29,803 nt of DNA from Armatimonadota bacterium (GTDB taxonomy: Bacteria; Sysuimicrobiota; Sysuimicrobiia; Sysuimicrobiales; Humicultoraceae): positions 1-29,803 of the forward strand of contig JBBIIQ010000002.1 of assembly GCA_037446405.1 (NCBI GenBank), written 5' to 3'. Numbering within the stretch: position 1 is the first letter of the stretch; the number at the start of each line of letters is the position of its first letter. A model generated the notes under the pieces. The model was not told the origin of the DNA, made no database searches, and saw only the letters and a program-made list of their open reading frames with translations. This document shows, piece by piece, positions 1-8,309 of the stretch. A program made the position numbers and the translations under genes.

Positions 1-1162
1 GGGCCGGGGCGGCGGGCCGGCCGAACTCCTCCGGAGGCGACGGCCGGCGGCCGAAGTAGCACCGCAGCGCCTCGACGATCCGTTCGGCGGCGCGCCCGTC
101 GCCGTAGGGATTGCGCGTGCGGGCCATCGCCTCGTACGCCGCCGGGTCGGAGAGCAGCCGCCCGGCCTCGGCCACGATGCGCGCCCGGTCGGTGCCCACC
201 AGGCGGGCCGTCCCCGCCTCGATCCCCTCCGGCCGCTCTGTCACCTGGCGCAGAACGAGGACGGGCTTGCCCAGCGCGGGCGCCTCCTCCTGGATGCCTC
301 CGGAGTCGGTGAGGATGAGGTAGGCGCGGCGCATCAGCTGCACCCAGGGGATGTACTCCGGCGGCTCCAGCAGGTGCGCCCGGGGGTGGCCGCGCAGCAC
401 CTGGTCCACCACCCGGCGCACCGCCGGGTTGAGGTGCACGGAGAAGACCAGCTCCACGTCGGGAAACCGCTCCAGCAGCTCAAGCAGGGCCAGGTAGATC
501 TGGCGCAGCGGCTCCCCCCAGTTCTCCCGCCGGTGCGTGGTGACCAGGAGGAGACGGCGGCCGTCCAGCGGCGGGAGCTGCGGCGGCAGCGCGGCCGCCG
601 TGCGCGCCACCACGGCCTGCAGGGCGTCGATCACGGTGTTCCCGGTGACGAAGATGCGCGGGGGGGGCACGGCCTCGCGCAGCAGGTTCTGCCGCGCCTG
701 CTCGGTGGGCGCAAAGTGCAGGTCGGCCAGCACCGAGACCAGACGCCGGTTCATCTCCTCGGGGAAGGGCTGGTACTTGTCGGCGGTGCGCAGCCCCGCC
801 TCCACGTGCCCGATGGGCAGGCGCTGGTAGTAGGCGGCCAGCGCGCCGACGAAGCAGGTGTGCGCGTCCCCCTGCACCAGGACCATGGCCGGCCGCAGCC
901 GCTCCAGCAGCGGGGAGAGTCCCTGCAGCGCCCGGGTGACGATGTCGCTGAGGCCCTGCTCGGGGAGCATGATGTCCAGGTCGTGGTCGGGGACGATGTC
1001 GAAGGCGGAGAGCACCTGGTCCAGCATCTCCCGGTGCTGCGCGGTGACCACCACCAGGGGCTGGAAGTCCCCGCTGCGGCGCAGCGCCGCCACCAGCGGG
1101 GCCATCTTCACGGCTTCGGGCCGTGTGCCGAAGATGGTGACGACGCGCAGGGGCTCGGGCAC
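1..1162 (-). CDS. wecB: UDP-N-acetylglucosamine 2-epimerase (non-hydrolysing); 3' end runs off the window edge
   Basis: Not in the ORF track (no stop inside window). Translated by hand from GTG at 1162: VPEPLRVVTIFGTRPEAVKMAPLV...; near the 3' end NPYGDGRAAERIV. Both are hallmark WecB/MnaA motifs. Confidence 0.95.
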   Translation of the reverse strand, partial: MPEPLRVVTIFGTRPEAVKMAPLVAALRRSGDFQPLVVVTAQHREMLDQVLSAFDIVPDHDLDIMLPEQGLSDIVTRALQGLSPLLERLRPAMVLVQGDAHTCFVGALAAYYQRLPIGHVEAGLRTADKYQPFPEEMNRRLVSVLADLHFAPTEQARQNLLREAVPPPRIFVTGNTVIDALQAVVARTAAALPPQLPPLDGRRLLLVTTHRRENWGEPLRQIYLALLELLERFPDVELVFSVHLNPAVRRVVDQVLRGHPRAHLLEPPEYIPWVQLMRRAYLILTDSGGIQEEAPALGKPVLVLRQVTERPEGIEAGTARLVGTDRARIVAEAGRLLSDPAAYEAMARTRNPYGDGRAAERIVEALRCYFGRRPSPPEEFGRPAAPA

Positions 1163-1164
1163 GG

Positions 1165-2298
1165 CTACGCCGGGCGGCCGCTGCCGCTGCGGGCGTCGCG
1201 CGCCACCGCGGCCTTCCGCTCCAGCAGCCCCATGCGCCGCGCCCCGACGTAGAGGACCGCGGCGATCACCCCCAGGGTGACCACCGAGGCCGTGCGGTTG
1301 ACGCCGGCCACCGCCAGCGCGCCCACACCGAAGAAGGCGCTCACCAGGTAGAGAAGGAGGACCGTCTGGCGCTGGGAGAGCCCCCGGTCCAGCAGCCGGT
1401 GGTGCAGGTGCCCGCGGTCCGGCAGGTAGATGGGCCGGTGGCTGCGGAAGCGGCGGACGATGGCGAAGGCGGTGTCCACGATGGGCACGGCCAGGGCCAG
1501 CAGGGGGACCACCAGGGAGAGGGCGGTGTAGGACTTGTACAGACCCATCACGGAGATGCCGCCCAGCACGTAGCCGACGAACATGGAGCCGGAATCGCCC
1601 ATGATGATGCGTGCCGGGTTGAAGTTGTGCCGCAGGAAGCCCAGCATGCTGCCGATGAGGCACGCCGCCAGGAGCATGGAGGTGGCGTCCCCCTTGACCA
1701 TCGCCGTGAGCAGCAGCGTGGTCCCGGCGATGGCGGCGATGCCGGAGGCCAGACCATCCACGCCGTCGATGAAGTTGGTGGCGTTGACCACCCCCACCAC
1801 CCAGACGATGGTGAACAGCGGCCCCAGCGGGCCCACAGCCACCGTCCGCCCGGTCAGCGGGTGGGTGACGAACTGCGTGCTCAGCCCGAAGGGGATGAGC
1901 ACGGCCGCCGCGGCCACCTGTAGGAGAAACTTCAGGGCCGGATGCATCCCCCGGGCATCGTCCCAGATCCCCACCAGGAACAGGAAGGTCGACCCCAGGA
2001 GGATCCCCAGGACCGCCTGGTCGGCCCGCGGGCTGAGGGGGATGCGGACGGTGAGGACGTCGCCGCGGTGGGTGAGGACGATGTCCCGCGTGATCACTGT
2101 GGCCACCAGCAGGGCGGCGAGGAAGCCGACGTAGATGGCCACCCCGCCCAGCCGCGGCATGGGGCGGACGTTGATCCGCCGCCCGCCGGGGTAGTCGATG
2201 GCGCCGATGCGCCTGGCAAAGCGACGCAGCCCCGGCGTCAGGGCGTTGGTCACCACCAGCGCTATCAGCGCTGCCGCAATCCAGGAGGGGACCGTCAT
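1165..2298 (-). CDS. MraY/WecA/TagO-family undecaprenyl-phosphate GlcNAc-1-phosphate transferase
   Basis: Polytopic membrane protein with MPRLGGVAI, GIWDD, NATNFIDGVDGLA, FNPARIIMGDSGS and PDRGHLHHRL motifs. Start moved to ATG 2298 (MTVPSW), AGGAG upstream. Confidence 0.92.
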   Translation of the reverse strand: MTVPSWIAAALIALVVTNALTPGLRRFARRIGAIDYPGGRRINVRPMPRLGGVAIYVGFLAALLVATVITRDIVLTHRGDVLTVRIPLSPRADQAVLGILLGSTFLFLVGIWDDARGMHPALKFLLQVAAAAVLIPFGLSTQFVTHPLTGRTVAVGPLGPLFTIVWVVGVVNATNFIDGVDGLASGIAAIAGTTLLLTAMVKGDATSMLLAACLIGSMLGFLRHNFNPARIIMGDSGSMFVGYVLGGISVMGLYKSYTALSLVVPLLALAVPIVDTAFAIVRRFRSHRPIYLPDRGHLHHRLLDRGLSQRQTVLLLYLVSAFFGVGALAVAGVNRTASVVTLGVIAAVLYVGARRMGLLERKAAVARDARSGSGRPA

Positions 2299-2393
2299 CG
2301 GTTCACTATTCTCCTGTGTGGGCGAACGCGGCACGCCCCGTCAGCGTCGAGAAGTTCCACCACACGCTCAAGAGCCAGCCCCGCCACGGACTT

Positions 2394-3362
2394 TCACACC
2401 GGCTGGGGCTGCGGCCGGGCCTCGAAGAGGTCGCTCACCGAGCGGCCCTCGTGGATGCGACGGATGGCCTCCCCCAGCAGCGGGGCCACGGAGATGACGC
2501 GGATCTTCTCGCTGCGCTTCTCTGCCGGCAGGGCCACGGTGTTGGTCACCACCAGCTCGCGCAGCGGGCTCTGGGCGATGCGCGCCAGCGCCGGCCCGGA
2601 GAGGATGGCGTGGGTGACGTAGGCAGCCACCTCCTCCACGCCGCGCCGCAGCAGGGCCTGCGCGGCCACGGTCAACGTCCCCGCCGTGTCGGCGATGTCG
2701 TCCACGATGACGGCGCGGCGGCGGTAGACCTTGCCGATGACGTGGACCACCTCGCGCACCTGGTTGGGCCGGTCCCGCCGCTTGTCGATGATGGCCAGAG
2801 GGGCGCCCAGCAGCGCGGCGAACTCCCGCGCCCGCTGCGTCCCTCCGATGTCGGGCGAGACGATGACCAGGTTCTCCGGCCGCTGCCGCCGCAGGTCCTC
2901 CGCCAGGAGCATGCGCGAGGGCAGGTGGTCCAGCGGGATGTCGAAGAAGCCCCAGATCTGGCCGGCGTGCAGGTCCACGGCCAGGATGCGGTGCGCCCCG
3001 GCGGCGGTGAGCAGGTTGGCCACCAGCTTGCTGCTGATGGGTTCGCGCGGCCGGATCTTGCGGTCCTGCCGCGCGTAGCCGAAGTAGGGTATCACCGCCG
3101 TGATCCGCGCCGCAGAGGCCCGGCGCAGGGCGTCGATGATCACCAGCAGCTCCATCAGGTGCTCGTTCACCGGGGGCGAGGTGGGCTGGATGACGAAGAC
3201 GTCCTCGCCGCGCACGCTCTCCTCGATGGTGATGCGCACCTCGCCGTCGGCAAAGCGGGCCAGGGTCATCTCCCCCAGGGGGATGTCCAGGTAGTCGGCC
3301 ACCTCCTGGGCCAGCGCCGGGTTGGCTGAGCCGCTGAAGACCTTGAGGGTGCGGCCGCCCAT
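2394..3362 (-). CDS. prs: ribose-phosphate pyrophosphokinase
   Basis: FADGEVRI, PYFGYARQDRK, DLHAGQI, VSPDIGG, DDIADTAGT motifs; directly follows glmU as in many bacteria. Confidence 0.97.
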   Translation of the reverse strand: MGGRTLKVFSGSANPALAQEVADYLDIPLGEMTLARFADGEVRITIEESVRGEDVFVIQPTSPPVNEHLMELLVIIDALRRASAARITAVIPYFGYARQDRKIRPREPISSKLVANLLTAAGAHRILAVDLHAGQIWGFFDIPLDHLPSRMLLAEDLRRQRPENLVIVSPDIGGTQRAREFAALLGAPLAIIDKRRDRPNQVREVVHVIGKVYRRRAVIVDDIADTAGTLTVAAQALLRRGVEEVAAYVTHAILSGPALARIAQSPLRELVVTNTVALPAEKRSEKIRVISVAPLLGEAIRRIHEGRSVSDLFEARPQPQPV

Positions 3363-3369
3363 GGCGCCC

Positions 3370-4728
3370 TCACCCGCCCACCCGGCTGTGCCGGATCACC
3401 CGCGCGGGCACTCCCACGGCCACAGCGCCGGCGGGGACATCCTTGGTCACCACCGATCCCGCGCCCGTGCTCGCCCCCCTGCCGATACGCACCGGCGCCA
3501 CCAGCATGGTGTCGCTGCCGATGAAGGCCTCGTCCTCGATCACCGTGGGCCACTTCCTCCCGGAGCGGTCGCGCAGGTTGCAGGTGATGGTGCCAGCGCC
3601 GATGTTCACCCGTTCCCCCACGGTGGCGTCCCCCAGGTAGGACTTGTGGTGCACCTTGGTCCCGTCGCCGATGGTGCTGTTCTTCACCTCGGCGAAGTTG
3701 CCGATCTCCACCCGCCGCCCGATGCGCGAGCCAGGGCGGAGGTGGCTGTAGGGGCCGACGCGGCTGCCCTCGCCCACCGTGGACTGCACCACGGTGGAGG
3801 CCACCACCGTCACCCCGTCAGCGATCACGGCATCGACCAAGCGGGCGTGCGGCCCGATGATGCAGCCGCGGCCGATGCGGGTCTCCCCCTCCAGGGAGCT
3901 GCCCGGGTGGATTACCGTCTCCTCCCCGACCACCACCCCCGCGTGCACGTAGGTGGCCTGGGGATCGACGACGGTGACCCCGCCGTCCATGAGATGGCCC
4001 AGCAGCCGGGCGCGCATGGCCGCTTCGGCCCGGGCCAGGTCGCGCCGCGAGTTGACGCCCAGCACCTCCAGGGGGTCGTCCACGGCCAGGGCGTCCACGC
4101 GGGCGCCGCCCTGCAGCGCCCAGGCGATGACGTCGGTCAGGTAGTACTCCCCCTGGGCGTTGGCCGGCTGCACGTGCCCCAGCCCTTCCCCCAGCAGGGC
4201 CGGGTCGAAGACGTAGGTGCCAGCGTTGATCTCCCGGATCGCCCGCTCCCCCGGGGTGGCGTCGGCTTCCTCCACAATGCGCTGCACCAATCCGCCGGTG
4301 CCGCGGACGACGCGCCCGTAGCCGGTCGGGTCGGAGAGGTGCGCCGTGAGCAGGGTGATCCCCGGCCGGACGTCCTCCTGGTGCGCCACCAGGCGCCGCA
4401 GCGTCTGCGCGGTGAGCAGGGGGACGTCGCCGTAGAGCACCAGCACGGCCTCTGCCGCTCCCACCGCCTCCAGCCCCACCAGCACCGCGTGCGCCGTCCC
4501 CTTCTGCTCCACCTGGACGACGAAGGTGGCGCCGTCGCCGACCTCCGCCTGCACCGCTTCCGCGCCGCGGCCGACGACCACCACCGGCCGCGCCAGGCCC
4601 GCCTCTTCCAGAGCCGCCAGGACGTAGCGGATCATCGGCCGCCCGCAGATGCGGTGCAGCACCTTGGGAAGGCTGGAACGCATGCGCTTGCCCACGCCGG
4701 CGGCGAGGACGATGGGGCGGACAGTCAT
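3370..4728 (-). CDS. glmU: bifunctional UDP-GlcNAc pyrophosphorylase / glucosamine-1-phosphate N-acetyltransferase
   Basis: LAAGVGKRMRSSLPKVLH, QKGTAHAV, NAQGEYYLTD, hexapeptide-repeat C-terminal half, GNFAEVKNS, HKSYLGDA. Confidence 0.96.
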   Translation of the reverse strand: MTVRPIVLAAGVGKRMRSSLPKVLHRICGRPMIRYVLAALEEAGLARPVVVVGRGAEAVQAEVGDGATFVVQVEQKGTAHAVLVGLEAVGAAEAVLVLYGDVPLLTAQTLRRLVAHQEDVRPGITLLTAHLSDPTGYGRVVRGTGGLVQRIVEEADATPGERAIREINAGTYVFDPALLGEGLGHVQPANAQGEYYLTDVIAWALQGGARVDALAVDDPLEVLGVNSRRDLARAEAAMRARLLGHLMDGGVTVVDPQATYVHAGVVVGEETVIHPGSSLEGETRIGRGCIIGPHARLVDAVIADGVTVVASTVVQSTVGEGSRVGPYSHLRPGSRIGRRVEIGNFAEVKNSTIGDGTKVHHKSYLGDATVGERVNIGAGTITCNLRDRSGRKWPTVIEDEAFIGSDTMLVAPVRIGRGASTGAGSVVTKDVPAGAVAVGVPARVIRHSRVGG

Positions 4729-4920
4729 CTACGGAAGGCCTTCACGGGAACCTCCTGCCGCACAGAAGTTCTTGACCCCCCGGGGCAATCCTTCCCCGCG
4801 CCCGCCGCCCACCCGGCCGCAGGCCCGCCGTCCGGCGTGACGGCGCCTCCGCAGCGGAACCGCTGTCCGCGTGGCGCAAAATCAGCCGTCTGCCCGATAC
4901 CGGAGCGCCGCTGGCTTCCC

Positions 4921-4926
4921 TATCCT
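4921..4926 (+). promoter_or_regulatory. candidate -10 element (TATCCT) for a leaderless transcript of the 4934-6676 gene
   Basis: TANNNT hexamer exactly 7 nt before GTG 4934, which opens a signal-peptide-like stretch; no SD is present. Confidence 0.45.
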
Positions 4927-4933
4927 CTGGGAC

Positions 4934-6676
4934 GTGCGCAGCCTTTCCGCCTCGGTCCTCGTCCTGCTGCTCGCCGCCCTGGTCGTGCCGACGTCTGCGG
5001 GCGACGACCCCGCGGGTCCCGCCTCCCTGGAGGAGCGCCTGGCCGGGCTAGCCGTACGTACTGGCGCCCGGGCCGTCCTGCTCCCCGCTGTCGTGCACGC
5101 CCTGGGCCGTCAGGAGGCCGGTCTTCCCGGGCAGCCCGGGGCGTTCGACCGGGCTCTGGCCCGGCGCCTGACCGCGCGGCCGGAGCTGCGCCCGGTAGTG
5201 CGCGATCTTCTGCAGCGCTACCGACGGCTCCCCCGGGCGACGCTGGAGGTTGCCTTCGACCGCACCTGGCTGGGCCGCCCGCTGGAGCGCTCTCTGAGCG
5301 CAGAGGAACTGTGGGGTCTGCTCGCCCCCTTCCGGGGACTGCGCCCCGGAGGTGCAGGGCTGCCTGGGCTCCCCTCGCCCGCCGCATCTCCCGGACCCTC
5401 CCTTGCCACCCCGCGCCTCAGGGTGGAGGTGGATCGCAACATCCTCAGCCGCGCGCTCCTGCGGCCGCTCGACCTGCGGACCCTCGCCCCCAGGATCGAC
5501 CGTGTGTCGACGCCCCAGCCGGTAGACCCGCGGGTGGCCACCTGGCTGGAAGGGTTCTTCCTCCACGGGGATGAGGTGCGTCTGGACGGGTACGACCGGC
5601 GCCGGGTGGAGACGCTGGGCGTCGTGGCCATCGCCGGCACCCTGAAGCTCGGCTTCATGGTCCCCGGATGGGCGGCGCCGGGGCCGCACGTGGTGCAGGT
5701 GCTGCGGCTGGACGCCTCCGGAGCGATCGTCAGCCGGAGCAACCGGTTCGCCCTGCAGGTGGGCACCGGCCAGGCCACCCGCCGGTTGGATCGGCTGGAG
5801 CCCGCTCGCCTGCACGGAGGCGAGGTCCTCACCGTGGTGGGCCGCTTCCTCCCCTCCGACCTCATCCTCCTGGACGGGGCGCGGCTGCCCACCGCGCCGG
5901 GAACGCACTGGCAGCCCGGCCCCGCCGAGTGGGTGGGGACGCTCCGGGCGGTGATCGCCGAGACCACCGCGCCCGGCGAGCACCGCGTGGCGGTGGCCTC
6001 CGCAGACGGCCAGGTCACGCCGGCGCTGCCCCTTACCGTCCTCCCGCCGCGACGCCCCGTGGTCGTGCTGACCATTCCCCGGCTGCGCTGCGTGGACGAG
6101 ACGAACCCCGAGAAGATCGGGGTCGGCCCGCTGGAGAAGAACCTGCACGATGAGGTCTTCCTGGTGGTGGTCACCGAGATCGACGGCTCGGTGGCCGTGA
6201 AGACTACGCGCACCTACTCCGGATTCGACGACGGCGATGAGCAGGTCCTGGATGCCGCCGACGCGCAGGTGGTCGGGGCGGGCGGGGCGGCCGTGGACGT
6301 GCGGCGGCACCTGCGCTTCTACGTCGCCGCCTACGAGGACGACGGCATCCGCGGGAGTATCGCCAGCGCCTACGCTCAGCTGGCGGCGCAGGTGGCGGAG
6401 GCCATGGGCGACGCCCTGCGGGACACGCGCCACCCGGTGCTGGAGTCGCTGGCGGATGCGGCCGGCCGGCTGCTGGATGAGCTCGTCACCTTCCTGGGGG
6501 GAGCAGACTTCATCGGCGACGACGCCCGGGAGTGGACGGCCTCCGAGCTCCTGGCGCTGGCCGGGACGGGGCCGCGCAGCGAATCCCTCCGCCTGCTGTA
6601 CAACGGCAACCGACATGGGGACACCGGCGAGTACGCCGTGGACCTGACGCTGGTGGCCCGCCAGGGCACGCCGTAG
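4934..6676 (+). CDS. secreted hypothetical protein: signal peptide, two Ig-like (IPT/TIG-like) repeats, C-terminal C2-like beta domain
   Basis: Long ORF with gene-like codon use. Start moved from 4871 to GTG 4934 (MRSLSASVLVLLLAALVVPTSA, signal-peptide-like). Two beta-rich repeats ending PGxHxVxV; LRCVDET...HDEVFLVV motif. Domain calls are pattern recognition only. Confidence 0.75.
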   Translation: MRSLSASVLVLLLAALVVPTSAGDDPAGPASLEERLAGLAVRTGARAVLLPAVVHALGRQEAGLPGQPGAFDRALARRLTARPELRPVVRDLLQRYRRLPRATLEVAFDRTWLGRPLERSLSAEELWGLLAPFRGLRPGGAGLPGLPSPAASPGPSLATPRLRVEVDRNILSRALLRPLDLRTLAPRIDRVSTPQPVDPRVATWLEGFFLHGDEVRLDGYDRRRVETLGVVAIAGTLKLGFMVPGWAAPGPHVVQVLRLDASGAIVSRSNRFALQVGTGQATRRLDRLEPARLHGGEVLTVVGRFLPSDLILLDGARLPTAPGTHWQPGPAEWVGTLRAVIAETTAPGEHRVAVASADGQVTPALPLTVLPPRRPVVVLTIPRLRCVDETNPEKIGVGPLEKNLHDEVFLVVVTEIDGSVAVKTTRTYSGFDDGDEQVLDAADAQVVGAGGAAVDVRRHLRFYVAAYEDDGIRGSIASAYAQLAAQVAEAMGDALRDTRHPVLESLADAAGRLLDELVTFLGGADFIGDDAREWTASELLALAGTGPRSESLRLLYNGNRHGDTGEYAVDLTLVARQGTP

Positions 6677-6753
6677 ACGGGGAGGTCGGGGCGGCCGGCC
6701 GCCGGCGAGGATCACGGCAGGGGGCGCCGCGGCGCTGGCAGCGGGCAGGACGG

Positions 6754-6828
6754 TGGCTGGGGGGGCAGGCTTCGATCCTGCGCTGCCGGAGTCAAAGTCC
6801 GGTGTCCTCCCGACTAGACGACCCCCCA
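6754..6828 (-). tRNA. tRNA-Gln (anticodon TTG), CCA encoded
   Basis: Folded by hand: acceptor TGGGGGG/CCCCCCA (U1-A72, G73, CCA), D stem GTCT/GGAC, anticodon arm CCGGA-CTTTGAC-TCCGG, T stem GCAGG/CCTGC with loop ATCGAAG. Confidence 0.95.
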
Positions 6829-6838
6829 GCGCACCTGT

Positions 6839-6867
6839 ATTCTCCAGAGCCGCGGCGGGCCGGTCAA
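6839..6867 (-). promoter_or_regulatory. sigma70-type promoter for tRNA-Gln
   Basis: TTGACC (6867-6862), 17-nt spacer, GAGAAT (6844-6839); predicted start a few nt before the tRNA 5' end at 6828. Confidence 0.6.
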
Positions 6868-6871
6868 CCCC

Positions 6872-7270
6872 TCATGTCGCCTGCCCCTCCCCTGCCAGCG
6901 CGATCACGTCGACCTCCACCAGCGCTCCGCGCGGCAGGCGGCTGACCGCTACCGTGGTCCGCGCCGGCGGCTCCTCCTGGAAGAACGCCCCGTACTCCTC
7001 GTTCATCGGCCCGAAGTCGCTCATCTCCGCCAGGAAGACGGTGCACTTGACCACGCGCTGCAGCGACGACCCTGCCGCCTCCAGAATGGCCCGCACGTTC
7101 TCCAGGGCCTGGCGTGTCTGCTGCTTGATGTCCGTCCCCACCAGCTGGCCGGTCTGGGGGTCCAGGGCAATCTGGCCCGAGAGGAAAAGCAGTCCCCCCG
7201 CCCGCACCGCCTGCGCGTACGGCCCGATGGCCCGCGGCGCCCGGTCTGTGCTGACGATCGCTCGCTGCAT
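6872..7270 (-). CDS. ridA: RidA family reactive intermediate/imine deaminase
   Basis: APRAIGPYAQA, SGQIALDP, VVKCTVFL, PPARTTVAV(SR)LP, VEVDVIA. ATG 7270 is 8 nt after GGAGG. Confidence 0.93.
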   Translation of the reverse strand: MQRAIVSTDRAPRAIGPYAQAVRAGGLLFLSGQIALDPQTGQLVGTDIKQQTRQALENVRAILEAAGSSLQRVVKCTVFLAEMSDFGPMNEEYGAFFQEEPPARTTVAVSRLPRGALVEVDVIALAGEGQAT

Positions 7271-7332
7271 ACCCACAGCCTCCCCGTGTGACGTGGAGCA
7301 GGAGCCGGCGCAGGCCGTCTCCCGCCGCGTCG

Positions 7333-7338
7333 ATTATA
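7333..7338 (-). promoter_or_regulatory. consensus -10 element TATAAT upstream of ridA
   Basis: Perfect TATAAT in a GC-rich intergenic gap about 60 nt upstream of the ridA ATG; no clear -35. Confidence 0.55.
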
Positions 7339-7428
7339 CGCGCAGCGGCACACCTCTATACGCGATATCCACGGGGGCACACCCCCGCGCACCGGGGCAT
7401 GGGGCGGCAGAGGGCACGGAGAGGACGG

Positions 7429-7662
7429 CTACAGGGTCTGCAGCATGGCCCGCAGGCGGCGGCGCAACGCCTCGGGGGCGGGCTGTCCTGCGCACCGCTG
7501 CCGGATGACCTCCCGCAGCCGCAGCTCGAACTCGTGGTGCGGCCCGCAGTCGCGGCACAGCCGCAGGTGCTCCTGCAGGCGGCGGGAGGTCTCGGGGTCC
7601 AGCTCCCGATCCATGTACTGCCAGAGCAGGCGCACGACCTCCTCGCAGTGGACCGCGCTCAT
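7429..7662 (-). CDS. zinc-binding anti-sigma factor, RsrA/RshA-like (zf-HC2)
   Basis: HCEEVVRLLWQYMDREL...HLRLCRDC (HxxxCxxC ZAS motif). ATG 7662 has a strong SD and overlaps the sigma stop (ATGA). Confidence 0.9.
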   Translation of the reverse strand: MSAVHCEEVVRLLWQYMDRELDPETSRRLQEHLRLCRDCGPHHEFELRLREVIRQRCAGQPAPEALRRRLRAMLQTL

Positions 7663-8264
7663 GGTTCCCTCCCCTTCTCGTCCGGGGTGACGTGACCTGT
7701 GCGCAGGGCGTATTCCCACAGCGCCTGCTGCAGCAGCCGCCGCCCGCGGAAGAGGCGGGACATCACCGTGCCCAGGGGGACCTCCAGGATGTGGGCAATC
7801 TCCTTGTAGGTGAAGCCCTCCAGGTCCGCCAGGATGACCGCGGCGCGGAAGGCCTCCGGCAGCGAGGCCAGGGCCGCCTCCACGTCGGCGTCCATGACCG
7901 CCTGCAGGACGACCTCTTCCGGGTTCCCCTGGCGGCGCAGCGCCTCGCTGGCTAGGACGCGGCTGTAGAGGTACTGCTCCTCCACGTCCTCCTGGTCCAC
8001 CACCTCCGGCTCCCGGTCCGCCCTACGGTAGGCGTCGATGTACGCGTTCATCAGGATGCGGTACAGCCAGGCGCGGGCGTTGCTGCCTGGCTGGAAGGTG
8101 TGAAAGGAGCGCCAGGCCTTGAGGAAGGTCTCCTGCACCAGGTCTTCCGCGGCGTCCCGGTTGCGGGTCAGGCGCAGGGCCGCGCCGTAGAGGCGGTCGA
8201 GGTGCTCCTCCGCCAGCGCCGCAAACTCCCGGGCGGCCGGGGTCTCCGGCGAAGGCTGGTTCAC
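7659..8264 (-). CDS. ECF sigma factor, SigH/SigR-like (start uncertain: GTG 8264, GTG 8300 or ATG 8333, all in frame)
   Basis: LYGAALRLTRNRDAAEDLVQETFLKAWRSFHTFQPGSNARAWLYRILMN (region 2) and DLEGFTYKEIAHILEVPLGTVMSRLFRGRR (region 4.2); paired with a ZAS anti-sigma. The track's 7659-8729 ORF is over-extended. Confidence 0.92.
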   Translation of the reverse strand: MNQPSPETPAAREFAALAEEHLDRLYGAALRLTRNRDAAEDLVQETFLKAWRSFHTFQPGSNARAWLYRILMNAYIDAYRRADREPEVVDQEDVEEQYLYSRVLASEALRRQGNPEEVVLQAVMDADVEAALASLPEAFRAAVILADLEGFTYKEIAHILEVPLGTVMSRLFRGRRLLQQALWEYALRTGHVTPDEKGREP

Positions 8265-8309
8265 GACCGGTGGACGGGACTCCCCCAGCGACGTCCCCAC
8301 GTCCCGCTC

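Noticed and set aside
2341-2376. Plus-strand peptide VEKFHHTLKSQ resembling the VERFHRTLK motif of IS481/IS3 integrase cores
   Set aside because: Only about 10 residues, no flanking DDE sequence, inverted repeats or target duplication; the rest of that ORF is antisense to prs. Most likely chance.
4729-4933. Searched for a duplicated tRNA-Gln 3' end (att site) on the far side of the secreted-protein gene
   Set aside because: No copy of TGGCTGGGGGGG or the T-arm was found and no integrase is present, so no genomic island is called.
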